Assembly (NCBI GenBank): GCA_040382515.1
Contig: JBEIFH010000002.1
Location: 1-64,000 of the forward strand
Origin: Chlamydiia bacterium
GTDB lineage: Bacteria > Chlamydiota > Chlamydiia > Chlamydiales > RGXB01
DNA length: 64,000 bases
Direction: 5' to 3'
A program made the position numbers and the translations under genes. This document shows positions 50,714 through 60,091 of the stretch, piece after piece; within the stretch, counting starts at the first letter, position 1; the number at the start of each line of letters is the position of its first letter. The notes beneath the pieces were generated by a model. That model saw only the letters and a list, made by a program, of their open reading frames with translations. It had not been told where the DNA came from and did not search any database.

Positions 50714-50866
50714 ATGTCAAAACATACAAGTTACGGAAAACGTTTCCAAGCTCAGGGTGCTAAAACAGTTCTCCCGAGATATGAAAGGATCGCTATCCTC
50801 AAAAAAGAGGGTCGCCTCGAAAAAGACAGCCGCAAAATTACCGGCTTGCCAAAAACCAGGACCTAG
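50714..50866 (+). CDS. PVC-superphylum small basic signature protein (CT421.2-like, 50 aa)
   Basis: Not in ORF track. MSKHTSYGK..VLPRYERIAILKKEGR..KITGLPK; stop abuts the ybeY start. Confidence 0.9.
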   Translation: MSKHTSYGKRFQAQGAKTVLPRYERIAILKKEGRLEKDSRKITGLPKTRT

Positions 50867-51316
50867 GTGAACGTCGAAGTTTTCGATACCCAAAGATCTC
50901 TTTTGGTTTCAAAAGAAAGGGTAGTGCACATTGTTGAAACTACCCTCGATTTTTTAAAAATATCCACAGATTGTATCGCAGTGCACCTTGTTTCGAAAAA
51001 GCGAATCAAAGAGCTTCACAACCAGCTTTTTAACGACCCCTCTATCACCGACTGCATCACCCAGCCTTTCGACCCCCCAAAAAATAAGAAAAACCCCCAT
51101 TTTCTAGGCGAAGTTTTCATCTGCCCTTGGGTAGCTAAGACCTACGCAATCTCCAATAAGCTCGACCCCTACGATGAGCTCACTTTATATATTATTCATA
51201 CTATTCTCCACTTAAGCGGCCTGGAGGACACCACCCCCGAAAAAGCGGATAAAATGCGTATTGCAGAAAAAAAAGTATTGGAGCATCTAAAGAGCAAGAA
51301 CGTGCACCTTAAATGA
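50867..51316 (+). CDS. ybeY: rRNA maturation endoribonuclease YbeY
   Basis: TDCIT, LGEVFICP, HTILHLSGLED. Confidence 0.9.
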   Translation: MNVEVFDTQRSLLVSKERVVHIVETTLDFLKISTDCIAVHLVSKKRIKELHNQLFNDPSITDCITQPFDPPKNKKNPHFLGEVFICPWVAKTYAISNKLDPYDELTLYIIHTILHLSGLEDTTPEKADKMRIAEKKVLEHLKSKNVHLK

Positions 51317-52638
51317 TAGCTTTATTTATAATTTCCTCCCTTTTTTTGCTAGGTTCCATAGCACTTGCAGCGATCATGACCGCTATAGAGAAAATTGGGT
51401 ATCTTGAATTCAAGGAAGCGCTCAAACGCCACCCCTATACCTTTTTCATCCTGGATATTATCCAAAAAACGAATAAAGAGGACCGGATAGACGAGGTCTT
51501 AAATTTCATTTCCCAAACCTACCAGATCGTTCGGCTCTGTTTTGGAATTTGCGGCACACTCCTCATCGTCTCTTTTCCCAACTTCAGACATTTTATATCC
51601 GAGGGGGCCCAAGGGCTTGAATTCACCTCCCTTTTTGTATTGTTCATCGTTTTTTCCCTTCTGTTCCTTACGACAATCTTAGACACCTTGACCCACATAC
51701 TCACGTCAATAGTCCCCTACTCGGTCCTAAAAATTTTATCCTGGGTTGCCTATATATTCCTGGTTGTGTTGTATCCTATAGTCTCCCTCACACTGAGGGC
51801 TCAAAGGAGACTATCCAAGGGGGAAGACACCTCAGGATCACAGGGAGCCGAGATCCGCTTCAGGCGTCGCCTCATCGAACTTTTGGATGAGACCGACAGT
51901 GAGAAAAGTCTGGACGACGAGGGGCAACGGATCATGATTGCCATCTCAAAATTGGGATCAAGGCTCTGTAAAGAGGTCATGATTCCCAGAGTGAATATCA
52001 CCTCGTTGAATGAAACTACCTCTTTTAAAGTCGCAGCCGAAGTTTTTCTAAAAGAAAACTATAGCCGCATCCCTATTTACCACAATTCTCCGGATGACAT
52101 TATCGGCGTTGTCCATTTTAAGGATCTTTTTGGCAAGCTTCACGAAAAACAGGACGGAATTGTCAAAGATCTGGTACGCCCCGTACTTTTTTCTCCTGAG
52201 ACAAAAAAGATCTCTCTTTTGCTCAAAGAGTTTCAAAAAAAACAGATGCACATGGCGATCGTCATAGATGAGTACGGCGGTACAGAGGGACTCGTCACCG
52301 TAGAGGACATCCTTGAAGAGATTGTAGGCGATATCTTTGACGAGTACGACCATGATGAGATTGTCCATAAGATCGACCAAGATACCGACGGCTCTTATTT
52401 AGTGGATGCCAAGATGAATCTGGTAGATATCGAAGCGATTACCGGGATAGTTTTTCCAAAATTACCCGATTACGATACCCTAGGGGGTTTTGTGTACCAC
52501 AAAGCTGGTACCATTCCCGAGATAGGATATAAGATATTTTTAGAAAACTTCTCTCTGGAAGTGATCAAGGGAAGCGATCGCCTGATCGACAAAGTACGGT
52601 TGACCCCGGCCCCCTCACCCGAAAGTTTTTTCGAGTAG
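51313..52638 (+). CDS. Hemolysin/CorC (CBS) family protein
   Basis: EVMIPR, YSRIPIY, AIVIDEYGGTEGLVTVEDILEEIVG, DTLGG. Confidence 0.9.
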   Translation: MIALFIISSLFLLGSIALAAIMTAIEKIGYLEFKEALKRHPYTFFILDIIQKTNKEDRIDEVLNFISQTYQIVRLCFGICGTLLIVSFPNFRHFISEGAQGLEFTSLFVLFIVFSLLFLTTILDTLTHILTSIVPYSVLKILSWVAYIFLVVLYPIVSLTLRAQRRLSKGEDTSGSQGAEIRFRRRLIELLDETDSEKSLDDEGQRIMIAISKLGSRLCKEVMIPRVNITSLNETTSFKVAAEVFLKENYSRIPIYHNSPDDIIGVVHFKDLFGKLHEKQDGIVKDLVRPVLFSPETKKISLLLKEFQKKQMHMAIVIDEYGGTEGLVTVEDILEEIVGDIFDEYDHDEIVHKIDQDTDGSYLVDAKMNLVDIEAITGIVFPKLPDYDTLGGFVYHKAGTIPEIGYKIFLENFSLEVIKGSDRLIDKVRLTPAPSPESFFE

Positions 52639-52772
52639 CCTTAGCAAAATCTACATCGGTTGTATTACAAACATTAAAGTAAGCAAACTTCCTTAGGCTG
52701 TGAAAAAAAAGGCTCAAAATAGAGCATAAGCACTCCCATCAACTTCCCTACTGAACTTGGATGTCTAAATTG

Positions 52773-52801
52773 TTGACGCCGACAAAAAATCTTGTTATCC
52801 T
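52773..52801 (+). promoter_or_regulatory. Putative promoter
   Basis: TTGACG-17 nt-TATCCT with TG extension. Confidence 0.55.
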
Positions 52802-52830
52802 TAGGGCTTATTTTTCCCTAGGATATCTTC

Positions 52831-54579
52831 ATGGCCCGTGCCGTAACATTCGTGGAACCTAAACAAATAGCGGCCGGAGCTAAAGCTTCCTTCCGTTTTT
52901 TATTTGTTACCGATATTACCCTGCCCCAAAAATGTCTGCTCCGTTTTGATTTAGGGATTATCGACCCTGAAAAAGATTTTGAGATCCCTTCTACAAACCT
53001 TAAGGACCAGCAAAATTGTATTTGGCTGACACTAAGCGATGGAAAAGTCGTTGAAGGGAAACAAAAAAAAGATCTTCAGGGGCGCCCCGTGTTCGATTTC
53101 GTCCTCCCCAAATCGGTAGAGGTAGGCGAAAAACTCATGATAGTTCTTGGGTCCCAGATAGCCGAAAAAGCGAAAGAATTTGGTACCAGAGCACCCCTTA
53201 AATCTCAAAGAAAACGTCCCATCCACCTTTTCATCGACCCTAAAGGAAAGGGGGATTTTGCCGATCCGTATGTATTTAATCTTGATATCAAAGGGGCGGA
53301 GCTTAAAAACATCCGTATTTTAGCCCCCTCATTAGTATCGAGAAACCAGCGCTTTGATGTCGTCGTCCGTTTTGAAGATAAATACTCAAATTTGACTTCC
53401 AACGCACCCGAAAACACCCTGATTGAATTTTCTCATGACAGACTTCGAGACAATCTCAGAATGCGCCTTTTTGTCTCGGAATCGGGAGTTACCTGCCTGC
53501 CTAACCTCTACTTCAATGAGCCGGGAGTCTACCGCCTAAGCTTTAAAAACACCCTTACCGGAGAAGTGACCCAGTCTCATCCAATTTTTTGCCAGGCGGA
53601 GGAAGGGGATCAAGCGTTTTATGGTGTTTTCCAAGGGATGCGCTCCATCGAGAGCCTTGATCAGGTAGAGTCTCTACTTCGAGAGGCCCGCGACACCGAG
53701 CACCTGCAATTTTTTTCTCTATCTCCTCAGGATGCCGAATCGGAGACTAGCAATGAGTTGTGGAAAGAGATCCAAACGTATACTACCGAATTCAATGAGG
53801 AGGATCGCTTCGTCGCCTTCTTAGGTTTTACTTACAATACCCAGGATCCAGCCGAAGGGACTAAAATCATCCTTTTTTCAAAAGATCAAAAACCGATCTA
53901 CAGAAAGAAAGAGACTAAAACATCCTCTTTATCGAAAATTTTAAAAGCACACGTTCCAAAAGATCTTTTCGTGATTAGCCTTGACCCATCGGCCAAGTTT
54001 GCTGAGGAATTCGAAAAAGGGATCGTCTACCATCCGAATAAGCACAAAGAAATTTTCAAACTCTACGACGAGGGGAAAAAATTCGCCCTTATCGGCGAGG
54101 ATTTGACCTGTATTTTAGCAAATCAGCTGAATCGTGATACCCTTATAACCGCCATCGAAAACCGAAAAACTTTCGCCTCGGCCAAAGGGAGAATGCTGGC
54201 CCAGTTTTCAATTGCAACACAACCGATAGGGTCGGTATTAACAACAAAAACGCGTCCCGGTCTAATGTACGTCCGCCATTTAAAAGGGTTTATAGCAGGC
54301 AACCGCCCCTTTAAAGAGCTGACTATTTACCGCAATGACACCCCGGTCGTAACTCTTAAAAACCTCGATTCTTTTATCGACTTTGAAGAGTATGATGAAT
54401 CTCCTTTGAATAAATCTTTGGTCCACGAATCCCATGGTATCAGGTTTTGCTACTATTACCTAAAAGCCGTTCAGGACGATGGGGCGTACCTAATCACCTC
54501 CCCTATCTTTATTGAGGACAACGAGCACCAAGAAACCGACGAGACGCTTAATAAGAAAAAAGCGACAGTCAAAAAGTAA
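52831..54579 (+). CDS. Conserved chlamydial protein (CT425/DUF3604-like)
   Basis: RFDVVVRFED, LPNLYFNEPGVY, EFNEEDRFV, FCYYYL..QDDG..SPI; synteny after ybeY-CBS. Confidence 0.75.
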   Translation: MARAVTFVEPKQIAAGAKASFRFLFVTDITLPQKCLLRFDLGIIDPEKDFEIPSTNLKDQQNCIWLTLSDGKVVEGKQKKDLQGRPVFDFVLPKSVEVGEKLMIVLGSQIAEKAKEFGTRAPLKSQRKRPIHLFIDPKGKGDFADPYVFNLDIKGAELKNIRILAPSLVSRNQRFDVVVRFEDKYSNLTSNAPENTLIEFSHDRLRDNLRMRLFVSESGVTCLPNLYFNEPGVYRLSFKNTLTGEVTQSHPIFCQAEEGDQAFYGVFQGMRSIESLDQVESLLREARDTEHLQFFSLSPQDAESETSNELWKEIQTYTTEFNEEDRFVAFLGFTYNTQDPAEGTKIILFSKDQKPIYRKKETKTSSLSKILKAHVPKDLFVISLDPSAKFAEEFEKGIVYHPNKHKEIFKLYDEGKKFALIGEDLTCILANQLNRDTLITAIENRKTFASAKGRMLAQFSIATQPIGSVLTTKTRPGLMYVRHLKGFIAGNRPFKELTIYRNDTPVVTLKNLDSFIDFEEYDESPLNKSLVHESHGIRFCYYYLKAVQDDGAYLITSPIFIEDNEHQETDETLNKKKATVKK

Positions 54580-54586
54580 GGTCTTT

Positions 54587-54623
54587 AAAAAAACATCGCT
54601 CTTCTTAGGGCGATGTTTTATTC
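54587..54623. terminator. Intrinsic terminator
   Basis: AAAACATCGCTCT-TCTT-AGGGCGATGTTTT. Confidence 0.75.
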
Positions 54624-54722
54624 TAGAACCTCAACTTCTCCTCCCTACCCTTTTGAAAGATTGACCCAAGCACATATATGAGCCGGTCTCAAAACAAGTA
54701 AGGGTATAACAGCCCTATTTTT

Positions 54723-55121
54723 TTAGATGGTGCTTTTCTTTATGAAACAGCTTAAAAAAAAATCGCAGCAGCAGTTTTTTGAATCCTCTTCTTCTTGCTG
54801 AGGCGTCTCAGGAACTGAAGATTTTTCCACACATTTTGGCTCCGTCAGCATCGTATTCTTTTTTACAGGAAACTCCCTTAATTCAAAGATCGGATCTTTC
54901 GACTGATCCGGACCAAGGGCCACTTGATCGACAATCTTTTGTATTTTTAAATTAGTTTCCTTGGATGTTTGTTTGAAAGGTCTCTCCTTAGAATCGGTGA
55001 TTGAGCCCAAAATGACCGTACCTTCCAACTCTTCATCAGAACTTTCGTGCTTTTCCATATCTATAAAGGTAAACTCCTCCCCACCTGCCCTCAATTTCTG
55101 TCCTGAATTATCCGGAATCAT
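54723..55121 (-). CDS. Hypothetical hydrophilic protein with Cys-cluster C-terminus
   Basis: GAGG-like RBS; acidic, disordered-looking body; ends KNCCCDFFLSCFIKKSTI. Confidence 0.6.
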   Translation of the reverse strand: MIPDNSGQKLRAGGEEFTFIDMEKHESSDEELEGTVILGSITDSKERPFKQTSKETNLKIQKIVDQVALGPDQSKDPIFELREFPVKKNTMLTEPKCVEKSSVPETPQQEEEDSKNCCCDFFLSCFIKKSTI

Positions 55122-55320
55122 ACTCGCCTCTTTTTTGCTGCATCCACTATTTAGGATATTTTCTTATGAAGATTAAAATGCTCTAGGTTTTTTTTAAATT
55201 TCTACAAGGTACTCCAAGGGATCCCTATCCTAGCTTGAAAATTTATGTCAAAACCAACCTGGAACTTTAAAAGATCTTTAAGGTTGCAAACCATAGCTTA
55301 ATTAAATATTTATTGGTAGA

Positions 55321-55935
55321 ATGAAATCTATGCAAAAATCTATCCTACTCGCGTCTAACTCTAAAAGACGTCACCAGATTTTAAATAAAGTTCACGTAAG
55401 ACATACGATCAAGCCCTCCTATTTTGACGAAGACCAGGTCCCATTAAGCCTGAGCGTAAAAGAGTATTCCCTTGAAGTTGCCCTTAGAAAGGGGGAATCT
55501 GTGGCCAAAACCTTCCCAGATGCCTGGGTTTTATCTGCCGATACGTCAGTCCATTTTGAAAATTGCCACCTCAATAAACCTAAATCGATGGCCGAGGCGC
55601 ATCAGATGCTCTTTAAGCTCCAAGGCAATGAGCATATTGTCTCTTCAGCTATGGCGCTTTATCATAAAAATAGGGTGTTTTCAATTGCACATTTCAACAA
55701 AGTTTTCTTTAAACCTTTAAAATCGGACTGGATTCGATATTACCATAGTACTATAGATGTATTAGATGCGGCTGGAAGCTATATGATTGATGGTTTGAGT
55801 TCTTTATTTATCGAAAAGATAGAGGGAACTTTAGAATCTGTTATGGGACTTCCTGTACACTTATTAGAAGATCTTATAGAAAAACATGGAGGTAACCTGT
55901 GCGATTTTACCGAATTTTCCCTCTCATTGCCCTGA
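55321..55935 (+). CDS. maf: Maf nucleotide pyrophosphatase
   Basis: LLASNSKRR, FDE, SADT, NKP, DAAGSY, VMGLP. Confidence 0.9.
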   Translation: MKSMQKSILLASNSKRRHQILNKVHVRHTIKPSYFDEDQVPLSLSVKEYSLEVALRKGESVAKTFPDAWVLSADTSVHFENCHLNKPKSMAEAHQMLFKLQGNEHIVSSAMALYHKNRVFSIAHFNKVFFKPLKSDWIRYYHSTIDVLDAAGSYMIDGLSSLFIEKIEGTLESVMGLPVHLLEDLIEKHGGNLCDFTEFSLSLP

Positions 55936-57578
55936 TTTTATTTTCCCCCATCCACCCCATATCAGAAGCCGCTCAAAAACAAATCCTCCATCTAGCGGCA
56001 ATCGGAGAGGTGGACGAAGCTATAAAAAGTTATCTTTTGCATTCTAAAGCAACGAAAGAACACTCGATCGACATTTTAGAACAAATCGGGACAAGAATCA
56101 TCCAGCTTGGATTTAAAACACAAGAACCCGACACCTGCCTTTTATCCCTTTTCGGCGCAAACATAGCCCGACTTCCCGTTGATCGTAAATTTTTGACCCG
56201 CGCATTTAGAAGCTCCAACCCCCTGCTCCAAAGCGCCGCTTTGCAAACACTTTCCATGGAAGAGATGGACGACACCGAATCGATCCTAAAAGAGGGGGTA
56301 AAATCGGATTATTTAATGATCAGACTAGAAACTCTCTTTCAGTTGGTTCATCGCCACTCAAGACACGCTATGGGTCTTGTCGAGTCATTAAAAAATATCC
56401 TACATCCTCAATTGCATTTTGTTTTTCCGGAGTTTTATGCTTTGGATGGAACAGACGAATCGATCAATATTTTGAAACAGATGACCCATGACCCCAATAT
56501 CCACGTGAGGGTGAGCGCTATTTTATCGGCAGTAAAATACGACCGAGATGCCCTTTTGCCGGTTATAAGAGCTGTTGTTACCCATCCCCACCCCATTGAG
56601 CAGGAGGCCGCAGCTTTGGCTCTTGGATTTTTCAAAGATATTGATGCGAAACCAAAACTGGAAAGACTCTTGAAATCTACTAGTCCCGATGTGAGGCTAG
56701 CCGCCTCCCTTTCTCTCTTGAAGCTCGGTTTTTTCGAACATAAAGACGAAATTGTAAAACTTGCTAAAGGGGGGCACCCTTTTGCAATCTCTACTTTGGG
56801 CGAGGTGGGGGGTGGCACACAGGAATTACTCGAACATTTAAAAAATCCGCATCACATCACTCGCTACAGAGCCGCTTACGCTCTCTTAAAACAAAGGGAT
56901 CCGCGATGCCTCTCGACGATCACAGAAATTCTCATTACCCCGTCGCATGACCTCAACCTAGTCCCTTTTTTCAGTCCTGCAAGAAGCCTCTCTAGCTTTG
57001 AATCCTACTTCGGACCTATCAAAGAGGTGGAGTTAAAAAACTCGATAGCCGCCTATACTAACCACATTAAGCAATCGATGCTTATAGATGCTCTTGATTT
57101 GGGAGAGCCCTATTTCCTCAATATTGCGAACACCCTCATCTCTTTAAAAAAATCGGAAATGATCCCGATTCTTGTCCGCCTGCTCGAAAATTTGCAATCA
57201 AAAGAGGCCGTGGAGCTATTGAAAAAATCAACACAAATGCCCGGAGCCCCCTTTATCCGTTCCTATGCGAACCTGGCTATGTACCGTTTAGGCAACTACA
57301 AAGAATTCGATAAATCAACGATGGACTTTGTTCGCGACTCTGTATCCAATGAAATGATCTCTTTCCAACCTGTCGACCTCGATCCTAGGAACAGAAACAA
57401 GGCCAATCCATTTCAACTCACCCCTTCCGAAAGATCGCAGCTTCTTTTGGAGACATTCGAAGCTCTTTTAATCCGGCACGAAACTGACGGAATCGACCTT
57501 ATCTTAGAATGTATCTTGAAAGGTCACCCCAATAATCGTTATGCCTTAGCAGGATTGTTACTTAAGATGGTGCAGTGA
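55899..57578 (+). CDS. HEAT-repeat exported protein (CT350-like)
   Basis: Signal-like N-terminus; HEAT motifs (VRVSA, EQEAAALALG, VRLAAS); ends NRYALAGLLLK. Confidence 0.82.
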   Translation: MRFYRIFPLIALILFSPIHPISEAAQKQILHLAAIGEVDEAIKSYLLHSKATKEHSIDILEQIGTRIIQLGFKTQEPDTCLLSLFGANIARLPVDRKFLTRAFRSSNPLLQSAALQTLSMEEMDDTESILKEGVKSDYLMIRLETLFQLVHRHSRHAMGLVESLKNILHPQLHFVFPEFYALDGTDESINILKQMTHDPNIHVRVSAILSAVKYDRDALLPVIRAVVTHPHPIEQEAAALALGFFKDIDAKPKLERLLKSTSPDVRLAASLSLLKLGFFEHKDEIVKLAKGGHPFAISTLGEVGGGTQELLEHLKNPHHITRYRAAYALLKQRDPRCLSTITEILITPSHDLNLVPFFSPARSLSSFESYFGPIKEVELKNSIAAYTNHIKQSMLIDALDLGEPYFLNIANTLISLKKSEMIPILVRLLENLQSKEAVELLKKSTQMPGAPFIRSYANLAMYRLGNYKEFDKSTMDFVRDSVSNEMISFQPVDLDPRNRNKANPFQLTPSERSQLLLETFEALLIRHETDGIDLILECILKGHPNNRYALAGLLLKMVQ

Positions 57579-57971
57579 AGTTTCTCTTATGGTTGTTAGC
57601 ATTCTTAGCGCTATCAAAGCTGTTACCATAGACATTCGAAGCTCTTTTGATCCGGCACGAAACTGACGGAATTGATCTTATCTTAGAATGTATCTTGAAA
57701 GGTCACCCCAAAAACCGTTATACTTAAGCTGGATTGTTACTTAAGATGGTGCAGTGAAGTTTCTCTTTTGGTTGTTAGCTTTCTTACCGCTATCAAAGCT
57801 GCTGCCATAGACATTTCAAGCTCTTTTTGATCCGGCACGAAACTGACGGAATAGATCTTATCTTAGAATGTATCTTGAAAGGTCACCCCAATAACCGTTA
57901 TACTTAAGCTGGATTGTTAATTAAGATGGTGCAGTGAAGTTTCTCTTTTGGCTGTTAGCTTTCCTACCGCT
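57434..57971 (+). repeat. Three tandem ~179-bp copies of the HEAT-gene stop / lptD start junction
   Basis: Units start at 57434, 57613 and 57792; each contains GATGGTGCAGTGAAGTTTCTCTT (overlapping GTG/TGA at 57575, 57754, 57934). Confidence 0.97.
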
Positions 57972-59961
57972 GTTGGGTGAAGTCAGAATTTACCTAAACG
58001 ATTTGCATATCAAAGGGGAGCGCTACGAGACGTCGAGTGGCGGACTTGTTTTCACAAATACCCTTGATCTGCAAGCCAAAAATATCACCTACGATAGAAA
58101 TCAAGGGGTTCTAGAGGCAAGTGAGAACCTCCTTTTTATCCTTAACGGGGAAATTTTTGTCGCCAAAACCCTTTTTATCGATCTAAAAACAGAAACGGGC
58201 TGGTTTGAAGACCTCACCTACAAAATCCACTCGCTCTACATAAGATCAAAAAAAACCGGTTTAGATGCAAATAAAACAATCACGTTTGAAAACGTAGAGA
58301 TCACCCCCTTCGATCAACCGCCCCTTTTTTTCTCCTTTAGAGTTCTGGATGGATCGATTGATAAAGATAAAAATCTTGAAGCAAAATCGATTTCTGCCCA
58401 GTTGATAGGCGCCCCGGTCTTCTATTTACCAAAAATTAAATGGAACCTCGACGCACTACCGAGTACCGGAGTCCGCTACTTCGTCATGTACAACACAGGG
58501 CAAAATCCCCTCTTCTCTTTCAGATATCCGATCCTTTCAGAAGAAAAATACAAAGCGCTTTTCAGATTTGACTACAGAGTTGGTAAAGGGTACGGATCTG
58601 CACTTGAAACTGACCTCAAAGCAAATAAGGATCGTTTGCACTATTGGACCCAAAACTTTGTAAACTACGATACCTTCTTCAATGACAACAATGACCGGGA
58701 AGTGCTGTTGCGCTACCGTTTCAAAGGGATGCTGCAAGCCTTTCCGAAAGAAGAAGAGATCAACCTTAAATTTCAATACGACATCCAGTCCGACCGCGAT
58801 TTAAGATTGAATTTCTACGCCGCTCAATTTGAAGCCCGAGATGTGATGCGTACTGAAGGGATTTTTGGGTTTAATGGCCCTTTTATCCAAAATTTTCTAA
58901 GCTTTCGCCCTAGGGCAAACACGTATGAAAGTTTGAATCAGCAGCTCCCCTCTCTAAAAATTCGCCTAGACCCTTTTGTTCTCAAACCGCTAGGTCTTCA
59001 ATTCAAAAACCGGTTCGATTTGAGCTACCAAGATTACGTCTATTCAAACAATCTTTTCAATGCGGTGCAACCCTTTCATGCAGGACGTTTGCAGACGATA
59101 CAAGAACTCGATTGGCCCATCGATTTTGGGGTAGTAAAAATTGAGCCTGAGGGGTTATTTAGTGCCATCTACTACAACAACACCCCCCAAAATATTGGAA
59201 AAACGCTAGTCTATTTCAATTACGGAGTCAAAGCTTCTACACTTGTTGAAAGCTGTTCAGATAAACTACGCCATGTTGTACAGCCTTACGTTGACTACCA
59301 TGCCTTTTCAACCCCTACCGTCGCCCCCAACGACCGTTACATATTTTCCCTTTATGATGGAATTTACCAAATTCAAGAGCTGAAGACAGGAATCTTGCAA
59401 ACCCTTTACCTGAGCGATCTAGAGTCCACGTGTACCTGGGACCTCTATGGACTGAATTTTTTTGGACAATCCTCGTTCGATGTCTTGTTCCCAAAACTTA
59501 GAAGTTTTCTACATGTTGATACCCCTTGGTGCAGCTTTAAAAATAGTTTTGGATACAACTTTCAAAAAAACTCGGTAGATATGTTCAATATAGAGTGGGG
59601 TTGGACTTTCAAAAAAGAATTCGCATTTCACCTTGATTGGCTCTATAGAGGTCCCTATGAGTGGAAAAAAGATTCAAAAGAAAACTATCAACTGGATGTA
59701 GCCTACCCGATTGACGTTTTAGCCCAGACTCCCCTGTCAGACAAAAGAAATACCTTTATCAGCAGGGTAGAATGGCATTTTTTACCTAATTGGACAGTAA
59801 GATTTGAGCACCACAACTGTTTTTGGCGCACAGTTGAGCCCCCCTATTTGGAATTTCGTGCCGGCATATCTACGATTTTCCGTTCAGCGCTCGAGGTGAA
59901 TTTATCGGTGATCAAATCGGTCAATGACACCCAGGTGCTTTGCAGTATGAACCTAGTGTAG
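57934..59961 (+). CDS. lptD: LptD/OstA-like outer-membrane beta-barrel protein (CT351-like)
   Basis: Signal peptide, OstA-like N-domain (LQAKNITY), PVFYLP motif, aromatic-rich beta strands; synteny maf-HEAT-lptD-secG-def. Confidence 0.7.
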   Translation: MKFLFWLLAFLPLLGEVRIYLNDLHIKGERYETSSGGLVFTNTLDLQAKNITYDRNQGVLEASENLLFILNGEIFVAKTLFIDLKTETGWFEDLTYKIHSLYIRSKKTGLDANKTITFENVEITPFDQPPLFFSFRVLDGSIDKDKNLEAKSISAQLIGAPVFYLPKIKWNLDALPSTGVRYFVMYNTGQNPLFSFRYPILSEEKYKALFRFDYRVGKGYGSALETDLKANKDRLHYWTQNFVNYDTFFNDNNDREVLLRYRFKGMLQAFPKEEEINLKFQYDIQSDRDLRLNFYAAQFEARDVMRTEGIFGFNGPFIQNFLSFRPRANTYESLNQQLPSLKIRLDPFVLKPLGLQFKNRFDLSYQDYVYSNNLFNAVQPFHAGRLQTIQELDWPIDFGVVKIEPEGLFSAIYYNNTPQNIGKTLVYFNYGVKASTLVESCSDKLRHVVQPYVDYHAFSTPTVAPNDRYIFSLYDGIYQIQELKTGILQTLYLSDLESTCTWDLYGLNFFGQSSFDVLFPKLRSFLHVDTPWCSFKNSFGYNFQKNSVDMFNIEWGWTFKKEFAFHLDWLYRGPYEWKKDSKENYQLDVAYPIDVLAQTPLSDKRNTFISRVEWHFLPNWTVRFEHHNCFWRTVEPPYLEFRAGISTIFRSALEVNLSVIKSVNDTQVLCSMNLV

Positions 59962-60091
59962 AATGAGGTAAAAAATTTAACATCCTTTTACCCTTTTTTT
60001 GAGGGAGAAAAATCCGGTTTTTTCTTAAGAATTGCCGTACTAAAGAAGTCTATTGCAAAGGTACAAAAAAAGGGTTAAAATCTATTCAAAT

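Noticed and set aside
52725..52760. CIRCE-like half site (TAAGCACTC)
   Set aside because: No matching second half and no heat-shock gene downstream.
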